Below the pieces are notes generated by a model. That model was given only the letters and a program-made list of their open reading frames with translations. It did not search any database and had not been told where the DNA came from. The position numbers were made by a program, and so were the translations under genes. DNA of 64,000 bases from Amoebophrya sp. A120 (Eukaryota; Protista; Dinoflagellata), in contig CAJINV010000011.1 in the NCBI GenBank assembly GCA_905178155.1, positions 2,313,331-2,377,330 on the forward strand, in the 5' to 3' direction. This document shows positions 24,681 to 37,275 of this stretch, in pieces (the first letter of the stretch is position 1; each line of letters opens with the position of its first letter).

Positions 24681-26113
24681 GCACGACTGATAAGTACTTA
24701 TATATTTTTTCACAACGACCCACAAGTAGCAAAGAATCTGAATAACTGTGAGCGCCAGTACTAAAGGTACTCTCAGTACACGCTGGTCGTATAATTTCTT
24801 TTTGCGATAGTACAACTTCTCATGCAGGATATTAACCGCGGCTAAAGCCGCGCCGCCCTGCTGTCATGCCGGCGGGAAGATCGCTTCTTTATCTTCCCAC
24901 TCCGGTCCGATAAGCACTACTAGCACGACCTACAACGGCACGCAAATACTATGCGGTTACAAGTATATGCTGAACATCATGCCAAACACGACACGGAAAT
25001 CGAATTACGATATGAATTCTTTCTGCAGATAATTTTTTTGTTATTTACTTTTTTCGACCAAGAACTTCCACTTCGGGATTAGTGTCGTCTCGGAAGTAGG
25101 AACCACGACGAAAAAGGAGCGGGTGGGAAAAAGGGATTATAGCCAAGAAACTTGATTACTATGATTTTCCATACCGTGTGCCGAAAAGGAATTCCCACAT
25201 CAGAAGTATCAAAGCGCCGTGTGTAATACCAAGAATCCTCCATCAAGTTCGATATACAGTTCCAGCCGCCTCTTAAAGGATGAGGCGGAGCGGTCATACA
25301 ACAAGACTTCGAATTTTAATAAGGGACGAATCACAGGGGCACCAGGATGCTCTTGGAAAAAATATAACGACAGAGAAAGAATCTACGCTGAAGAAATTTT
25401 TACCGCTCCACTTTGCACTTTGAGATCTTCATAGAGGTGCAGCCCTAGTGTGTGAAAAGGAACGTAAGATCAGTCCAAGTTGCAGTGGTCAACTTTTTCG
25501 CTGTGATAAGGAATGCAGCCATAAGCAGAACCATCTCTTAATTATATCACCGACCGTATCACTACCACCTAAAAATGAATCTAAGTGCGCAAGTATAAAG
25601 ATCCTTGTCCTGCTTGATCGGAATCATGATTTCTGTTCTCTGAAACCACCCAATGTCTGGATGATCGAAGTACAAGAAAGAAAACCGACTGAGATCCGCC
25701 TGTCAGCGAATAGCGCACATTGGATCCTGATCCTGCCTGGTTGCTTGAAGTGTCTGATCCGAACAAATCAATACGGTGTACTTCTCTCATCGTGGATCGA
25801 CTTAAAGAATTGATGCAAAGAGATCTGAAAGTCCGTATTTGCATATGATCAAAGCTTCTGAACGTGATCGTGCGTAGCTCGACACAGATTTAGCCCTGGT
25901 AGGCCACGTACAATCGATAACTTCATCAAAACAAAAGCAGGTGCATTATTTGCTGGTTCGGAATCTACTCTAAGTGAACTACCACTAGATTTGAGGTTTT
26001 TCATTGCTATACATCTAGCTGTGAGAAAGCCAAAGTAAAGACAAACTTATCAGAACATTACACGAAGTTTTATTTGTAAAGCCAGCAGTTCACACCAAGT
26101 TGTAGGCGTCAAA

Positions 26114-27595
26114 ATGGGCAAGCCAGTGATGAAGAATTTGGTGAAGAAGCAAGGCGCAGCTAGCAAGGCGGACTCTGCTGCAGAGAAGAAGAAAGCCGTC
26201 GAAAACAAAACCGTCACCCCCATTGCAGCTGCTTCCGAAGAAACCACCGAAAAGAAGGCCACCTCTGAACAAGCGAAAAACATCAAAGGGATGAAGAAGT
26301 CCATGAAAAATAAGCAGCCGCTGAAGAAAGAGAAAGAACATCCAGCCGGCGAAAACCAGAAGGTGAAAATCCAAGCGCCTCCTCCGCTCGCGAAGGTCGA
26401 TGCAGCTGTTGCGCAGGATGAAAATTCGGAAGAACAAAGCGTTGACGAAGAGGAAAACAACGATGAGGATGACGAATCTGTTTCCGACGAGGAGGATAAA
26501 ATTGCGATCCAATCCGCCTTGCAGAAACACCCGAACTCCAAGTCCGACCTGAAGAACCGCGTGCATAAAACCTCCACTAAAGAAGAGCGAAACGCCCGCG
26601 GCGTGCTCTACATTGGCCACCTACCGATGGGCTTCTTCGAACCGCAGCTGAAGATTTTCTTCAGCCAGTTTGGCGAAATCTGCCGCCTGAAGCTCTCCCG
26701 ATCGAAACAAACCGGCCGCCCGAAGGGGTACGCGTTCATCGAGTTTGAGTTGAAGGAGGTCGCGGAGATTGTGGCGAGCACCATGAACAACTATTTATTG
26801 TACGGACGGAAGTTGGAAGTCGCGTTGGTGGATGCTGAGAAAATCAAGATGATCGGTAGAGGCTTCTGGAAGAACTGGAAGCAGAACATCGTGCCGGTGG
26901 CCCGGACGAACCAGAAGAAGCAGAAGGAGCAGCACAAGGTCAAAAAGACGGAGGACGGGAAGAAAACCATTCTGTCCACCCGGCAGCAGCGCCGCGCGAA
27001 GACGAAGCTGTGGAAGATGGAGCAATTGAAGAACTGCGGGTTGGAAAACACTATCAAATGTAAAAATGTCTGGGTCTGGAAGGATGCAACTTGTGATGCT
27101 GCGTGTGGATTCCAAAAAAATCTGTATTGCATGAGTACCAAAGGGAATGCAATTGTTGCTACGCTGAGAAGGCATTTGTCATGCGGAATAGGCATCAAGA
27201 AGCCCTCAAAAAATCTGTATTGCTAGGGTATCGTTCACAGACATGATGGCTCATGCAAAACGTGCATGACAAGTGTCAGAATCTTCCAGACCCAGACATT
27301 TTTACAGTTGATAAACACTAACGAAGCGACTTTGAAGAAAAACGTCGAGGTTTTATCCAAGGCGAGCGTCGTCGCGCAAAAGGTCTCGGAATTGAACCCG
27401 AAGGGGGAGTTTGAGCCGAAGAAGGAGGAAAAAATCGAGGTGGTGCCGCAAGAAAAAGCCGTGGAAAAAGATGTTGAAAAGACGATGAAAACAACCACTG
27501 CATCCTCCGAGGATAAAAACAAAGCGACTGGTGGTTCGGGAGCAAAAAAGGTCGTTGGGTCGAAGAAGAAGGTGATGAAAAAGAAGTCGGCTTAG
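26114..27595 (+). CDS. NOP15: Nucleolar RRM protein Nop15/NIFK (60S biogenesis); 1 introner
   Basis: GVLYIGHLPMGFFEPQL..FSQFG..SRSKQTGRPKGYAFIEF..VAEIVASTMNNYLL; K/E-rich termini. Confidence 0.88.
27052..27313. mobile_element. Introner, family A
   Basis: DR AACAC/AACAC. Confidence 0.92.
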
Positions 27596-28655
27596 GTTTT
27601 GTGCTGCATGTACTCATAGAACCTGGACGAGACTAAAGCTAAACACGCTCATGATTTTCGCATCCAATTCATCAGAAGATCATGAATTTGGATCTTCTGA
27701 CGAGGAATCATCTCTGCCTGCAATTATGATCGAAGAAAACGCTGTAGTTGTTGCACTAGCAGCTTCCAAGAATAAAGATGTCGCGGAAAGAACAAGAACC
27801 TTCTGCACCATCTATCACGGTCGTTGTATTCTTTGCGCACGCTATGAGGAAAAACGTATAAAAATACAAAAACTGCTACAGACGTCGTGAACGTCTCACC
27901 GTCTTGAGTGGCGCTGCGTATCAAGCTATCATGTGTGGCTACATACACTCGCTGATGCTGTTCCTGTTGCTCCGTGTAGCAATATCGTGCTTGCAGTGTT
28001 GCAAGCTAGACCTACAGCTGCTGCTGTAGGTGTTTGTGGTGTTACGAGTGTGACGAGACCGGGTACAAAAAAAACGCATTCATCAAATGGTAAAACTCGT
28101 TTGAAAAATGTTCATCGGTATTAGTTGTGTTGTTTTTTGTCGTTGTGGCAGAACAAAAAATTGCAATTTTGAGGAACAAAAGTGCTAGTTAAGTACCAGC
28201 TTTGTCAGATTTTTTTTCACGTCCATGTATGTTGTCGTTCCTTCTTTCAGAATCCATCGCTGCTGTGTGATAAAGTTTCATGTGTAGGTGTACTAGTAGA
28301 AGCGCTCAGGCCTTTGCAGTGTGTGTAGAGCTACATCAAGTACAGGATACTTCCAAAAGTGCTGCTTCCGGTTCGCTTAAGCTCATGCTGTGAGCGTGAG
28401 ACTGACGGTATGGTCGTGGTGGCATCAGCTTTTGTGTGTAGAAGCTCAGATTTACTTATGAACCTGCCTTCTTAATATCGTGGCATCTTTCGATGAAATG
28501 TAGTGCTCCTGTACTGCTCGTGCTCCCTGCTTCAGTGGCGGTTCGACGGCGTGAAAATGAACCAAGCCTACCGAGAACGACCCTGAAGATCCTGAAGTTC
28601 TTGCCGCACTTGAACATAATTCCCAGTACCACCAACCCCGATAATCATCTTCACC

Positions 28656-31600
28656 ATGGTGAAACCCATCTGGAAGCTGCAGGAGTACATCGGCCACTTG
28701 GACGAGGTTCGGTCCTGTCGGCTCGGCCAAAAGTCGGGCACAAAAATTCTTGCCACCGGCGGTGCGGACAAGCGGGTCTGCGTGTGGCAAATCGGGCAAC
28801 CGCAGCCGTTGGTGTCACTCACGGGGCACGCGAGCGTACCGCAGAGCCTCGTGTTTGACCAAGCGGAGGAAAGTCTGGTGGTCGGCTGCGCGGGGGGAAG
28901 TCTGCAGGTCTGGAATCTGGACCAGCAGAAAGTGCACGCCAGCTTTACCGGCCACAGGACCAGTTGCGAATGTACTTTTTTTGCGGAGTTTTGTTTGTTG
29001 TTTGTGTGTCACTAGGAGGTAGTAGAGTTTGTGTCGGAGTAAAGGACTTGAAATTTATTTCTAACTGCGATGACCTTCGGTTTTTCCATGTATGATGCGA
29101 TCAAATAGAAATATACGACCAGCACCAGCAACCATGTCGTGGATGCGCATGCAGCAGTGAATCGATAGAAAGTAAGCACACCTACTTCTACATCAGGTGT
29201 CGAGTTCCACCCTTACGGCGATTTTTTCGCGTCCGGCTCGCTGGATACCAACATGAAGATTTGGGACCTGCGCCGGAAAAGCTGCATCCAGACCTACAAG
29301 GGGCACTCGATGGGCATCAGCTGTGTGCGGTTTTCGCCGCACGGCCGCTGGGTCGCGACGGCGGGGCAGGACGCGACGGTCAAGCTGTGGGACCTGACGG
29401 CGGGCAAGTTGATGAAGGAATTTTCCTTGCACAAGGCCGGCATCACCAGCATGGACTTCCACCCGGATGAATTTTACCTGGTCACCGGCTCGGTGGACCG
29501 GACTTGCAAGTTGTGGAACCTGGAAAGCTTCAAAAACGTCTCCACCACGGATATGGGGTCGGGACCCGTGCAGGTACTTATTTTTCTACCTAAAAGTCTA
29601 GAGGTTTGGCTTTATTTTGAAGATGCAACTTGGCCACGACAACTGAATTATTATTATAAGGAAACTGGCGCCAAACTGTTGCTGCTTGACAATTGAAGTG
29701 TGAAGTTGAAGATTCCGCAAAAATCGAATTTTATGCACTCCTGCAGCAAGTGATCTTTCACCCGGAGCACAAAGCGGTTGTTGCTGGGTTCGCTGACGGT
29801 CTCCGTTCGTACTCCATCAGTAACCTCTATGGATGTGTCAGGATTGAAATCGACAAAGTTGAAATAACTTGTAATGCAGAAAATGGATGAAAGTTGCATC
29901 CCAGTTGCCAAGTGGCGCATGACAAATTTGGGTAGAGCCGAAGCCCAGCTTGTCATGCTGTTCGGGTAAGGAAGACGCCTTTTGTCATTCTACTTTAGCA
30001 GCTCTATTTCTACCCCGAAACAGGCTTGCAATCTGCCCCCCTTGCCTACTCTGCAAGACAGGCACTTTCTGCGTTGCATTTTATGCATGACAAACTATTT
30101 CAACTTTGACGATTTCAAACCTGACAGTTCCATAACCTCCAGGCTGCGCCGACCTGCTACGAAGCCGAGTGGGGCGGGAAATTGCATGACCTTCGGATCT
30201 CCGATACGCACTGCAAAATGACCGGAATTTCCGTCGAGAGCAGCAAAGTGAACGTGTGGGTAGGGACCCTGAATAAGAAGGAGGAGAACAACATTCTGCC
30301 AAGCGGAGCAAATGCCGGCGTCCCGCTGATGAATTATAAAAGCTCGGTACTACTACATGCAAGTATTTTAATGCAAATAAGGTGGCAGACGCAGACCATG
30401 AGCATGACCACTCAGACGCAATGAATTTTGTCTTCGTAATCGTATGTTGTAGTTCTACAACTTGTTATTTCAACTTTATTCCTCGGTTTAAAAAAAGACA
30501 GAGTAGAACTATCAACTCGGTCCTTTGTACAATTTCAGGTCGTCAGTCGCGAATCTTCTGATCTGGTAACCAAATGCGTGCGCGCGCGCGCGCAGAGCGC
30601 GCGCCGGCCCACGAAGCCGGCGCGCGCGCTCTGCGCGCTTGCGATATTGCTTAGCAAACGCAGCGCGAAGGCAGTTGCCGTTACCATATAGGGCAACCGC
30701 CGGGAGGCGTGAAGGTCAGGGAAATGGCCAGAAAGGAAGCGGGAGAAGGGAAAAAAAGCGGACCAGATGGGAAAATGGCCAGGAGGTCAAAAATGACGCA
30801 AAAACGGCAGAAACCAAGCGGGAGAAGGTGAAAAAAGAGCATTTTTGCGGTCTGGCCCACTTAGTATCTGAAAAAGAGGCGGACTATTTTTTGCTCCGCC
30901 CGCTGGCCAGCTGCGTTGGAGCAGCAGGCACGCGACCTGTCCGGAAGCCTTGGGCCGCTTCGTAACTGGAAAAAGTTGGAAAAAAATGGCAAAAAATTGC
31001 TTTATAACGTGGGGGGAAGCAATCGTCGGATTTTGTGCAGATCACCCGGGCCACTTGGAAAATGGGAAAAGAAGAAAAATCTTGCAAAAGCGCAATCCCC
31101 CCGCAGGCTTCAAAACTGCCACCCAGGTGGGGGCGGTGAAAATGCCCAGGTCGCCCGGGCCACTTGGAAATCAGGAAAAGCAGAAAAATTTCGCAAAAGC
31201 GCAATCCCTCCGCAGGCTTCGAAACTGCCACCCAGGTGGGGGCGGTGAAAATGTCCAGGTCGCCCGGGCCACTTGGAAATCAGGAAAAGCAGAAAAATTT
31301 CGCAAAAGCGCAATCCCTCCGCAGGCTTCGAAACTGCCAGTCAGCTGCGGTCGGTGAAAATGTCCGGAGCCCTTCGGCCACCTAAGAACCAGAAAAAAGA
31401 GCGAAAATTGAAAAAAATCGAGAACCCCCGGCAGGCTTACAAACTGGCCGCCAAGGGCGGTCCGGCGGGCGCGCGCTTGCGCCGTACCATCGCGATTGGG
31501 AAAAAAAAAACGCACTAGAAGCGGGCGGGGGTATGTCACAAATTCCCCATTTGCCCTGGGTTGTGGGCAGAAATTCAGCATCTTCCCCGGGTCTGAAATG

Positions 31601-34600
31601 GCCGATTTTGGTGGCCCAGCAGGGTTCGCGGGTTTGCGGTTTTCCACATACCTTCCTGGCCAGGTGGCCAGTTTGTCACGCAGGGGGCTACAAAGGATGC
31701 CCCGCTGCGAAATAGCAGACCGGATTTCGCTTTCAATGACTCGTTCCTTTGTACAATTTCAGGTCGTCAGTCGCGAATCTTCTGATAGCCAACAAGGTGG
31801 AGCTGCGTTTGGAGCGAAGCAAGGTTCTTCTCGGACCAGCACCACCACGAGCTCCACGGCCCGGCCAATGAAGAAATCGGAGTCCAAACCCGAAGTGCAG
31901 CAACCCTCCTCCGCCACAAAGCAGCAGCTGCCGCGACTGAAAGCGCCAACGGACACCGGGTTGCGCCGGACCACGACCGCTGGTGGCGTGACAAGTTCCG
32001 GAGGTGGATCCTCGTCGTCTTCCAGCAGCTCCAGTTCCTCGTCCCAGCCACAGAGCAAAAGTTCGTCTACTGGGTCTGCTTCAACGAAAGTAATGAACCC
32101 AGCGACGTCGAGCAGCAGCAGCAACAGCAGCTCTCAGGAGAAGATGCACCTCTACTACCCACACGCATCATCATCATCATCATCATCATCATCAACCCGC
32201 GAACATCAAGACAATAATTCCTTAAACGCTTTGCTCGCGGGGACGTCGTCGCGGCCGCGCCGCGCGCTGTCGGAAGACCTGGCGGACCTGGTGCCGCCCG
32301 GGGGTCCCGGGAAAAGGCACAACGAGGACGCGGTCCCAAGGCCTGGGAGCGGGATATCACAGGAAAAAAGTGCATACAGTTTCACATTTGTAGTGAATTT
32401 AGCAACACAAATTTTCTCTGCATGAGACAAAACTTGCAATGCAGAGATCATAAGGGAAAACAAAACTGAAACAAGGCTCCTATGCTTATCCGGCATAACA
32501 GAGGTGGTCTGTCTTGCTCGTTCCGCAACACAATAAATGTGCAACTGTAGCTACACTTTTTTCTTTGCATACAGGAACGCGGCAGCGTACTACAGGAGTC
32601 TGGGGATTGATGTGACGAAGCCGAACAGCGCTTCAGCATCCGTTATGTAGGTCAATTCCCAACGACCCTAAATCACTATGATCGCATTCACAAAAAGAAA
32701 AAAGAGTCGGCGCAGATTGTGCCGGGCGATTCGGATGGTAACCAGAAGCAAAGCCGCCCACCACCAGAGGCAGGCGCGCTAGGGATTTCCGTTGGCGGCC
32801 GCGTTGCGGCGGCCCGCGCCACACCATTCGCACTTGGCCCAGCGCTCCGGCGGCATTCCCTGGAGCCGTTGCTGGGGGGTGCAGGGCCGAGCCACTCGTT
32901 GCTGTGGTCGCATTAGCGAGCGGCCCACAGCAACGATAGCACGCATAGCACGCACAGCACGCATAGCACGCACAGCACCGTGCGCGGGCCAAAATTGTGT
33001 GCTATGTGTGCTGTGGCACCCCCGACACAGCAAACATAGCAAGCATAGCACGCATAGTACGCATAGCAACGAGTGGGCATTGAGCCGATTCTCTGCGTGA
33101 CTGCGCGCAGCAGGCGGGGGCGCGGCCGCAGTAGGATTAGGGTGCCAGGGGACCCAACGGGAGCAGCCGCTTATCCAGCGAACAGCGAGGAGCTCTACAC
33201 TGCAGCCGTGGAAGTTCTAATGACCCGGGGGCGTGCCACGATGCAGGGCGACAATTCAGCACTCGCTCCAGATTCGACAGCCATTTTTTTTTTCTTGTAT
33301 TGCAATCATAGCACAGAAGGGTCGTTGGGAAATTGGCCTACTCGACATCCGGTAGTATACAACCCGGAACATCCTCCAGCTCGTCCTCGTCTTCACGGCC
33401 ACGCAGCAGCCACGGTGTCCTCGACAAGAACAACGCAGCCGCTGCTGCTGCTGTTGCGAGACAGTCGTCAGGAGGTACAGTGGCAATTAGTATTACGGCG
33501 GCAGATGTTGACCGTCCGAAGGAAGATGAACTACAAGGGCAGCAGGAACTGCAACATCTGGAGCCTCTTCCTTCTGCCCCCGCTCCCAGTCATCGCCCCG
33601 GTGAATTACAATATCGGGACGAAGATTTTTTTGGTCGAGCGTCTCCCTCTCCATCACCGCCATCCCGTAGAAGCGATAGCGCTGTTGCGCTGGGGAAATT
33701 TCAGACAAGTTCCACCCATGCGATGAACAAGTCCTCCGGTTCATCATCGTCCCCAAAAAAGTCGGGAGGTAATTCAGGTAGTAGTAGTTCTACTTCATCT
33801 ACATCAACCCGAGGGGCAGTTGCTGGTCGGAACAGCGCGCCACAAGTGCTTGGCAGCATCAACAAGCCTGTCCTAGCTGCGCATTCTGGGGCTGTTCTTT
33901 CTGCAACGGGGGGCCACACAACTTCTAGTGCCTGCTCGCCCATCGCGCCGCCGGGGGAGGACTTCGATCAGCCTAAGAGTGATGGAAATTCTATCGGGGT
34001 TAGCGGACGAGAGCCCCCGCATGCCGAAGATGTCGCCCTGGTGTCCAGCGCGGCGACTGTAGTTCCAGCAGGAAGTTCGTCTACAAGGAGTCCTCCAGCA
34101 GCTGACCTTGTTTCTACTAGTGCTTCAAATAAACCTCCTGCTGCGACGACGAATAACCCTCTTCCTGCGCAGTCCAAGAAAGCGATGGCCTTTGCGGACT
34201 ACCTGCAGGACGTGCTGCCGAAGGCAAGGCTTCCGAAGAGCTTGCTTCTCGCAAACGACGTCGAGGATATGCCAGGAGGTGCAGGTTCAGCTGCAATACA
34301 CCCGCCAGCGCCGACAAGTAGCAACGTCGAGAAGCCCGACATCAAACCTTCGTCCACCGCTGGGGTGTCTAAGATGACGAAACCCGATTTCATCCTAATG
34401 ACGAATCAGAAACAGCACGACAAGACCGGAACGGGAACGACCGTTTCTACCGCCTCGAGCTCGCGCGTCGGGTCGAAAGAACTGTTGCACGGTCACCAAA
34501 ACCACTCGGTCTCCACAACGCTGCAGGAAAATTCCTGTTCCGCCTCCTCCTCGCCCCTGGAGTCCGCCCCGGTTGTGGAGGGAAGCACGTCGAATTCGGC

Positions 34601-36518
34601 GCGAGGAGGGCGAATAAATCCGTTCACCACAGGAGGAGCTGCTGCTTCGCCGCAAGAAGTAGAGCAGGATCCAGCTAATACTGCTTTTCGGGATTTAGAC
34701 CTGAGTCCGCAGCCAGCCGTGGGTGCGGTGCGGAAGACGCGCATGCTGTTTGAGCCGAAGGGGAATGGCGGTGGTGGTGTCGGTGTCGGAGCAGTGGATC
34801 AGGTACTACATCCGCCTAGCAGGGGAGATTTTTCGCTTGAGGATGAGCTGGCCGTGGCGCGCGGTTGTGGTACCATCGACGGACTGAACTTGTTACCGCA
34901 GCAGGAACAACAAAGACCCGCCCGCGCAAAGATAAAACGACAGGAAGATGGAGGTACTACACAAGCCTCCAGAGCAGCGGTTGAAAAAATCGCCGGTGCA
35001 GGAGCTGCACCCGCGCCGGGGACACACATCTTCTCTGTAGCGAAAGAGGGGTCGTCGCCGCCCCCTCCTCTAGTACCTGAGGACTCCAACACTGTAATTC
35101 CCCACGAAGACCACGTCCCCATCCCGGAAGCCAAGAAGCTACCCACCCGGCGCGCCCGCGGTGCCGTGGCGGGGATCGTGGACCAACACCGCTGCTCGAA
35201 CCACATTTTCGGAGCGGGGGCTGTGAGCGCCGCGGCGGCGGCGGATAGGGATACAGAGTCGAAATCGAGTTCGAGTCGCAGTCCCACGAAAGAACTGGGT
35301 GGTGGTGCGCAGCACGGAGGTCCTTCGGGGAGTAGAACCATAAACAACAATAATCGGACGACGCCGACTCTGGTGGACCAAGCGAGTTACTTGAGTGCGC
35401 GCTCGGAAGAGGATACAACCACTTCGCTTTCGCCGGATAGGGTGCAGCAGCAGCCAGCGGTAATATCCTCGTTGCAGAACAAGGAACAAAGAGCATCCGC
35501 AGAGCAAGAACCGCCGCGGCCAGGGTCTTCTACTTCGGGTACGGGTGCCCATCCGCGCGACCGCCGGATCACTGCGCAGGCTGCCGGGCTGCCCTCGCCC
35601 GAAAAGCCAGCGGCGAGTGCGGGCAGGAATTTGGCAAGAACCACTTCTACTGCCGGTGGAGCAGGACCTAGTAATGGTGCGAGCAGACCGACTTCCTCCC
35701 GAGGTGGACGCGGTAATATCAATAGCGCTTCGGCGTCGAACCGCACGTCCCCGGCTCGTGGTGCAGCAAATCAACAGCACAGCGACAGGAAGAACAAGCA
35801 AAGCGACCTACAACTTCTCGTCGAGCACTTCGGGAAGCAGCACAACGAGATTGCTCTGTGCTACAAACGGCGGCTGGAACAGGCACACCACGTGCTGCAG
35901 CTGTGGAACACAAATCGGACCAGCGACGTGCTGGATTTTCTCAGCCACTGCGACGGGGCGGTCTTCTGCGACTTTGCGCGCGCCCTGCTGCGCAACCGCG
36001 CGTCAAAAGCGCTCACGCTCACGGCCTGCACGAGGCTGCTGCCGTCCGCCAGGGATGTGCTGCTCAGCTCCAAGTACGAGGACTTTCGGAAAGTGGGCAC
36101 GCAATTCGTGCGCGCAATGCTGTCGCATTTCTCGGCGGTATATTTCTTTATACTTGTTTTCATCTGATACTGATAGATTCTGATCATAGCTACGCTGGCA
36201 CTATATCTGCATTACTTGTTCACAGGTGGAAGAACAAGAAACGATGCAGTTGCAAAGAGATCATGATGCCTGCCACCGCGACCTTTCTGCATACCGAAAG
36301 ACAAAAAACTGCAAACACAACAAAAATTTTTTCATCAGGTCATTGTGGAAACGCACCGCAAGCGCGGGGTAGCGAAGCCAGACCTTGCGGCCGAGGAGCG
36401 GCTGCGGAAGGTGGATGAGTGCTTGGCAGAGTTTTTCAACATCCACCGGCTGGATTCCCTGCAACCCGAGTTGCGTACCCCGCTGCAGGACCTGTTGGTC
36501 AAAACGCAGCGGCTCTGA
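28656..36518 (+). CDS. KATNB1: Katanin p80 WD40 subunit with a very long low-complexity linker and a C-terminal con80 domain
   Basis: N-terminal WD40 repeats (FHPYGDFFASGSLDTNMKIWDLRRKSCIQTYKGH, FSPHGRW, FHPDEF). C-terminal LTLTACTRLLP..LLSSKYE..DLAAEERLRKVDEC. GT-AG introns plus 3 introners. Confidence 0.9.
29828..30134. mobile_element. Introner (TATGGA..TGTCAGG..TGAAATCG TIR)
   Basis: ~39-bp imperfect TIR; DR ACCTC/ACCTC. Confidence 0.88.
30563..31738. mobile_element. 1.18-kb insertion flanked by a 48-bp direct duplication of the intron/exon boundary
   Basis: 30515-30562 matches 31739-31786 with 1 mismatch. The insert has a terminal GC hairpin and internal tandem repeats. Confidence 0.75.
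31045..31450. repeat. 109-bp tandem repeat, ~3.5 copies
   Basis: CCCGGGCCACTTGGAAA at 31045, 31154 and 31263, with a degenerate fourth copy near 31371. Confidence 0.9.
32355..32571. mobile_element. Introner, family C
   Basis: DR CGGGA/CAGGA. Confidence 0.8.
32644..33347. mobile_element. Oversized (704 bp) introner with a GC-rich interior carrying 9-bp repeats
   Basis: TIR GTAGGTCAATTCCCAACGACCCT / AGGGTCGTTGGGAAATTGGCCTAC; DR TCCGT/TCCGG; frame restored (SASA-S-GSIQ). Confidence 0.78.
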
Positions 36519-37275
36519 TGTTGAAAAAATCAGGGATAGTAGTGCCTACAACTTCTAGGGCTGCTTTAGACCACCACGACATGCGCGCGCGCTGCCAGTA
36601 CAAAGACGACACAACATCAACACGACTTTTTCAAGCGACTGCGACTCAAGAGGATCAACATTCCAAATTGCAAACACGACAGAAAAGACGGAGAGTAAAA
36701 ACGCGAGGAAAAATATATCAAGCGTAAGCGGCGGGGGGCGTGCTGTCCGGTACGTAAGTACTGCAAGATGAAGTAGTGCGAAGAGAAGTCTTTTGCACTT
36801 TCTATCGTGTTCTACGTATCATGATCTTGTAGCCCAGGAGCCGAGAGTTCTTGTCTAGGTTCGCAATTATCCGGAGCGAAGGTCAGTACGAGTATGAGGG
36901 TTGCTGGTGGCAAATGAGTAGACTCTGTGCAAAACGTGTTCTTGCAAGAAGAAGAACATAAACAATGACAATGAGAGGAGAAATCCCACCACCAAGATGT
37001 TGTCACTTTCAATCAATCTCTTCCATTTGAGAACGAGTCTGCAGCGGGGAGGCTATCGTGAGTCCCTCGTGAGGTCAGCTGTGTTTATCCTTCTGTTAGA
37101 CGGTGATGAAATTTGAGATACATACCATTACCAGACAGGTGCGGTTCTAGGGGGCCCACCTGGCGGAAAAAAGAGGATGCGTTTATTTTGTGTCAAGACC
37201 GCCATGTGAAGACCGTTTCCAACACATTAAACAAAACCCATCGCTAGGAGGACGGGACGAGGTCGAGGCCCATCG

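Noticed and set aside
24829-24890. TATTAACCGCGGCT (SSU rRNA primer-like) and ATCGCTTCT (U2 snRNA 5' end-like)
   Set aside because: The matches are too short, and the flanking sequence does not continue as rRNA or U2.
31045-31450. Regularly spaced repeats resembling a CRISPR array
   Set aside because: The whole 109-bp unit is repeated with no unique spacers; there are no cas genes and the context is eukaryotic.
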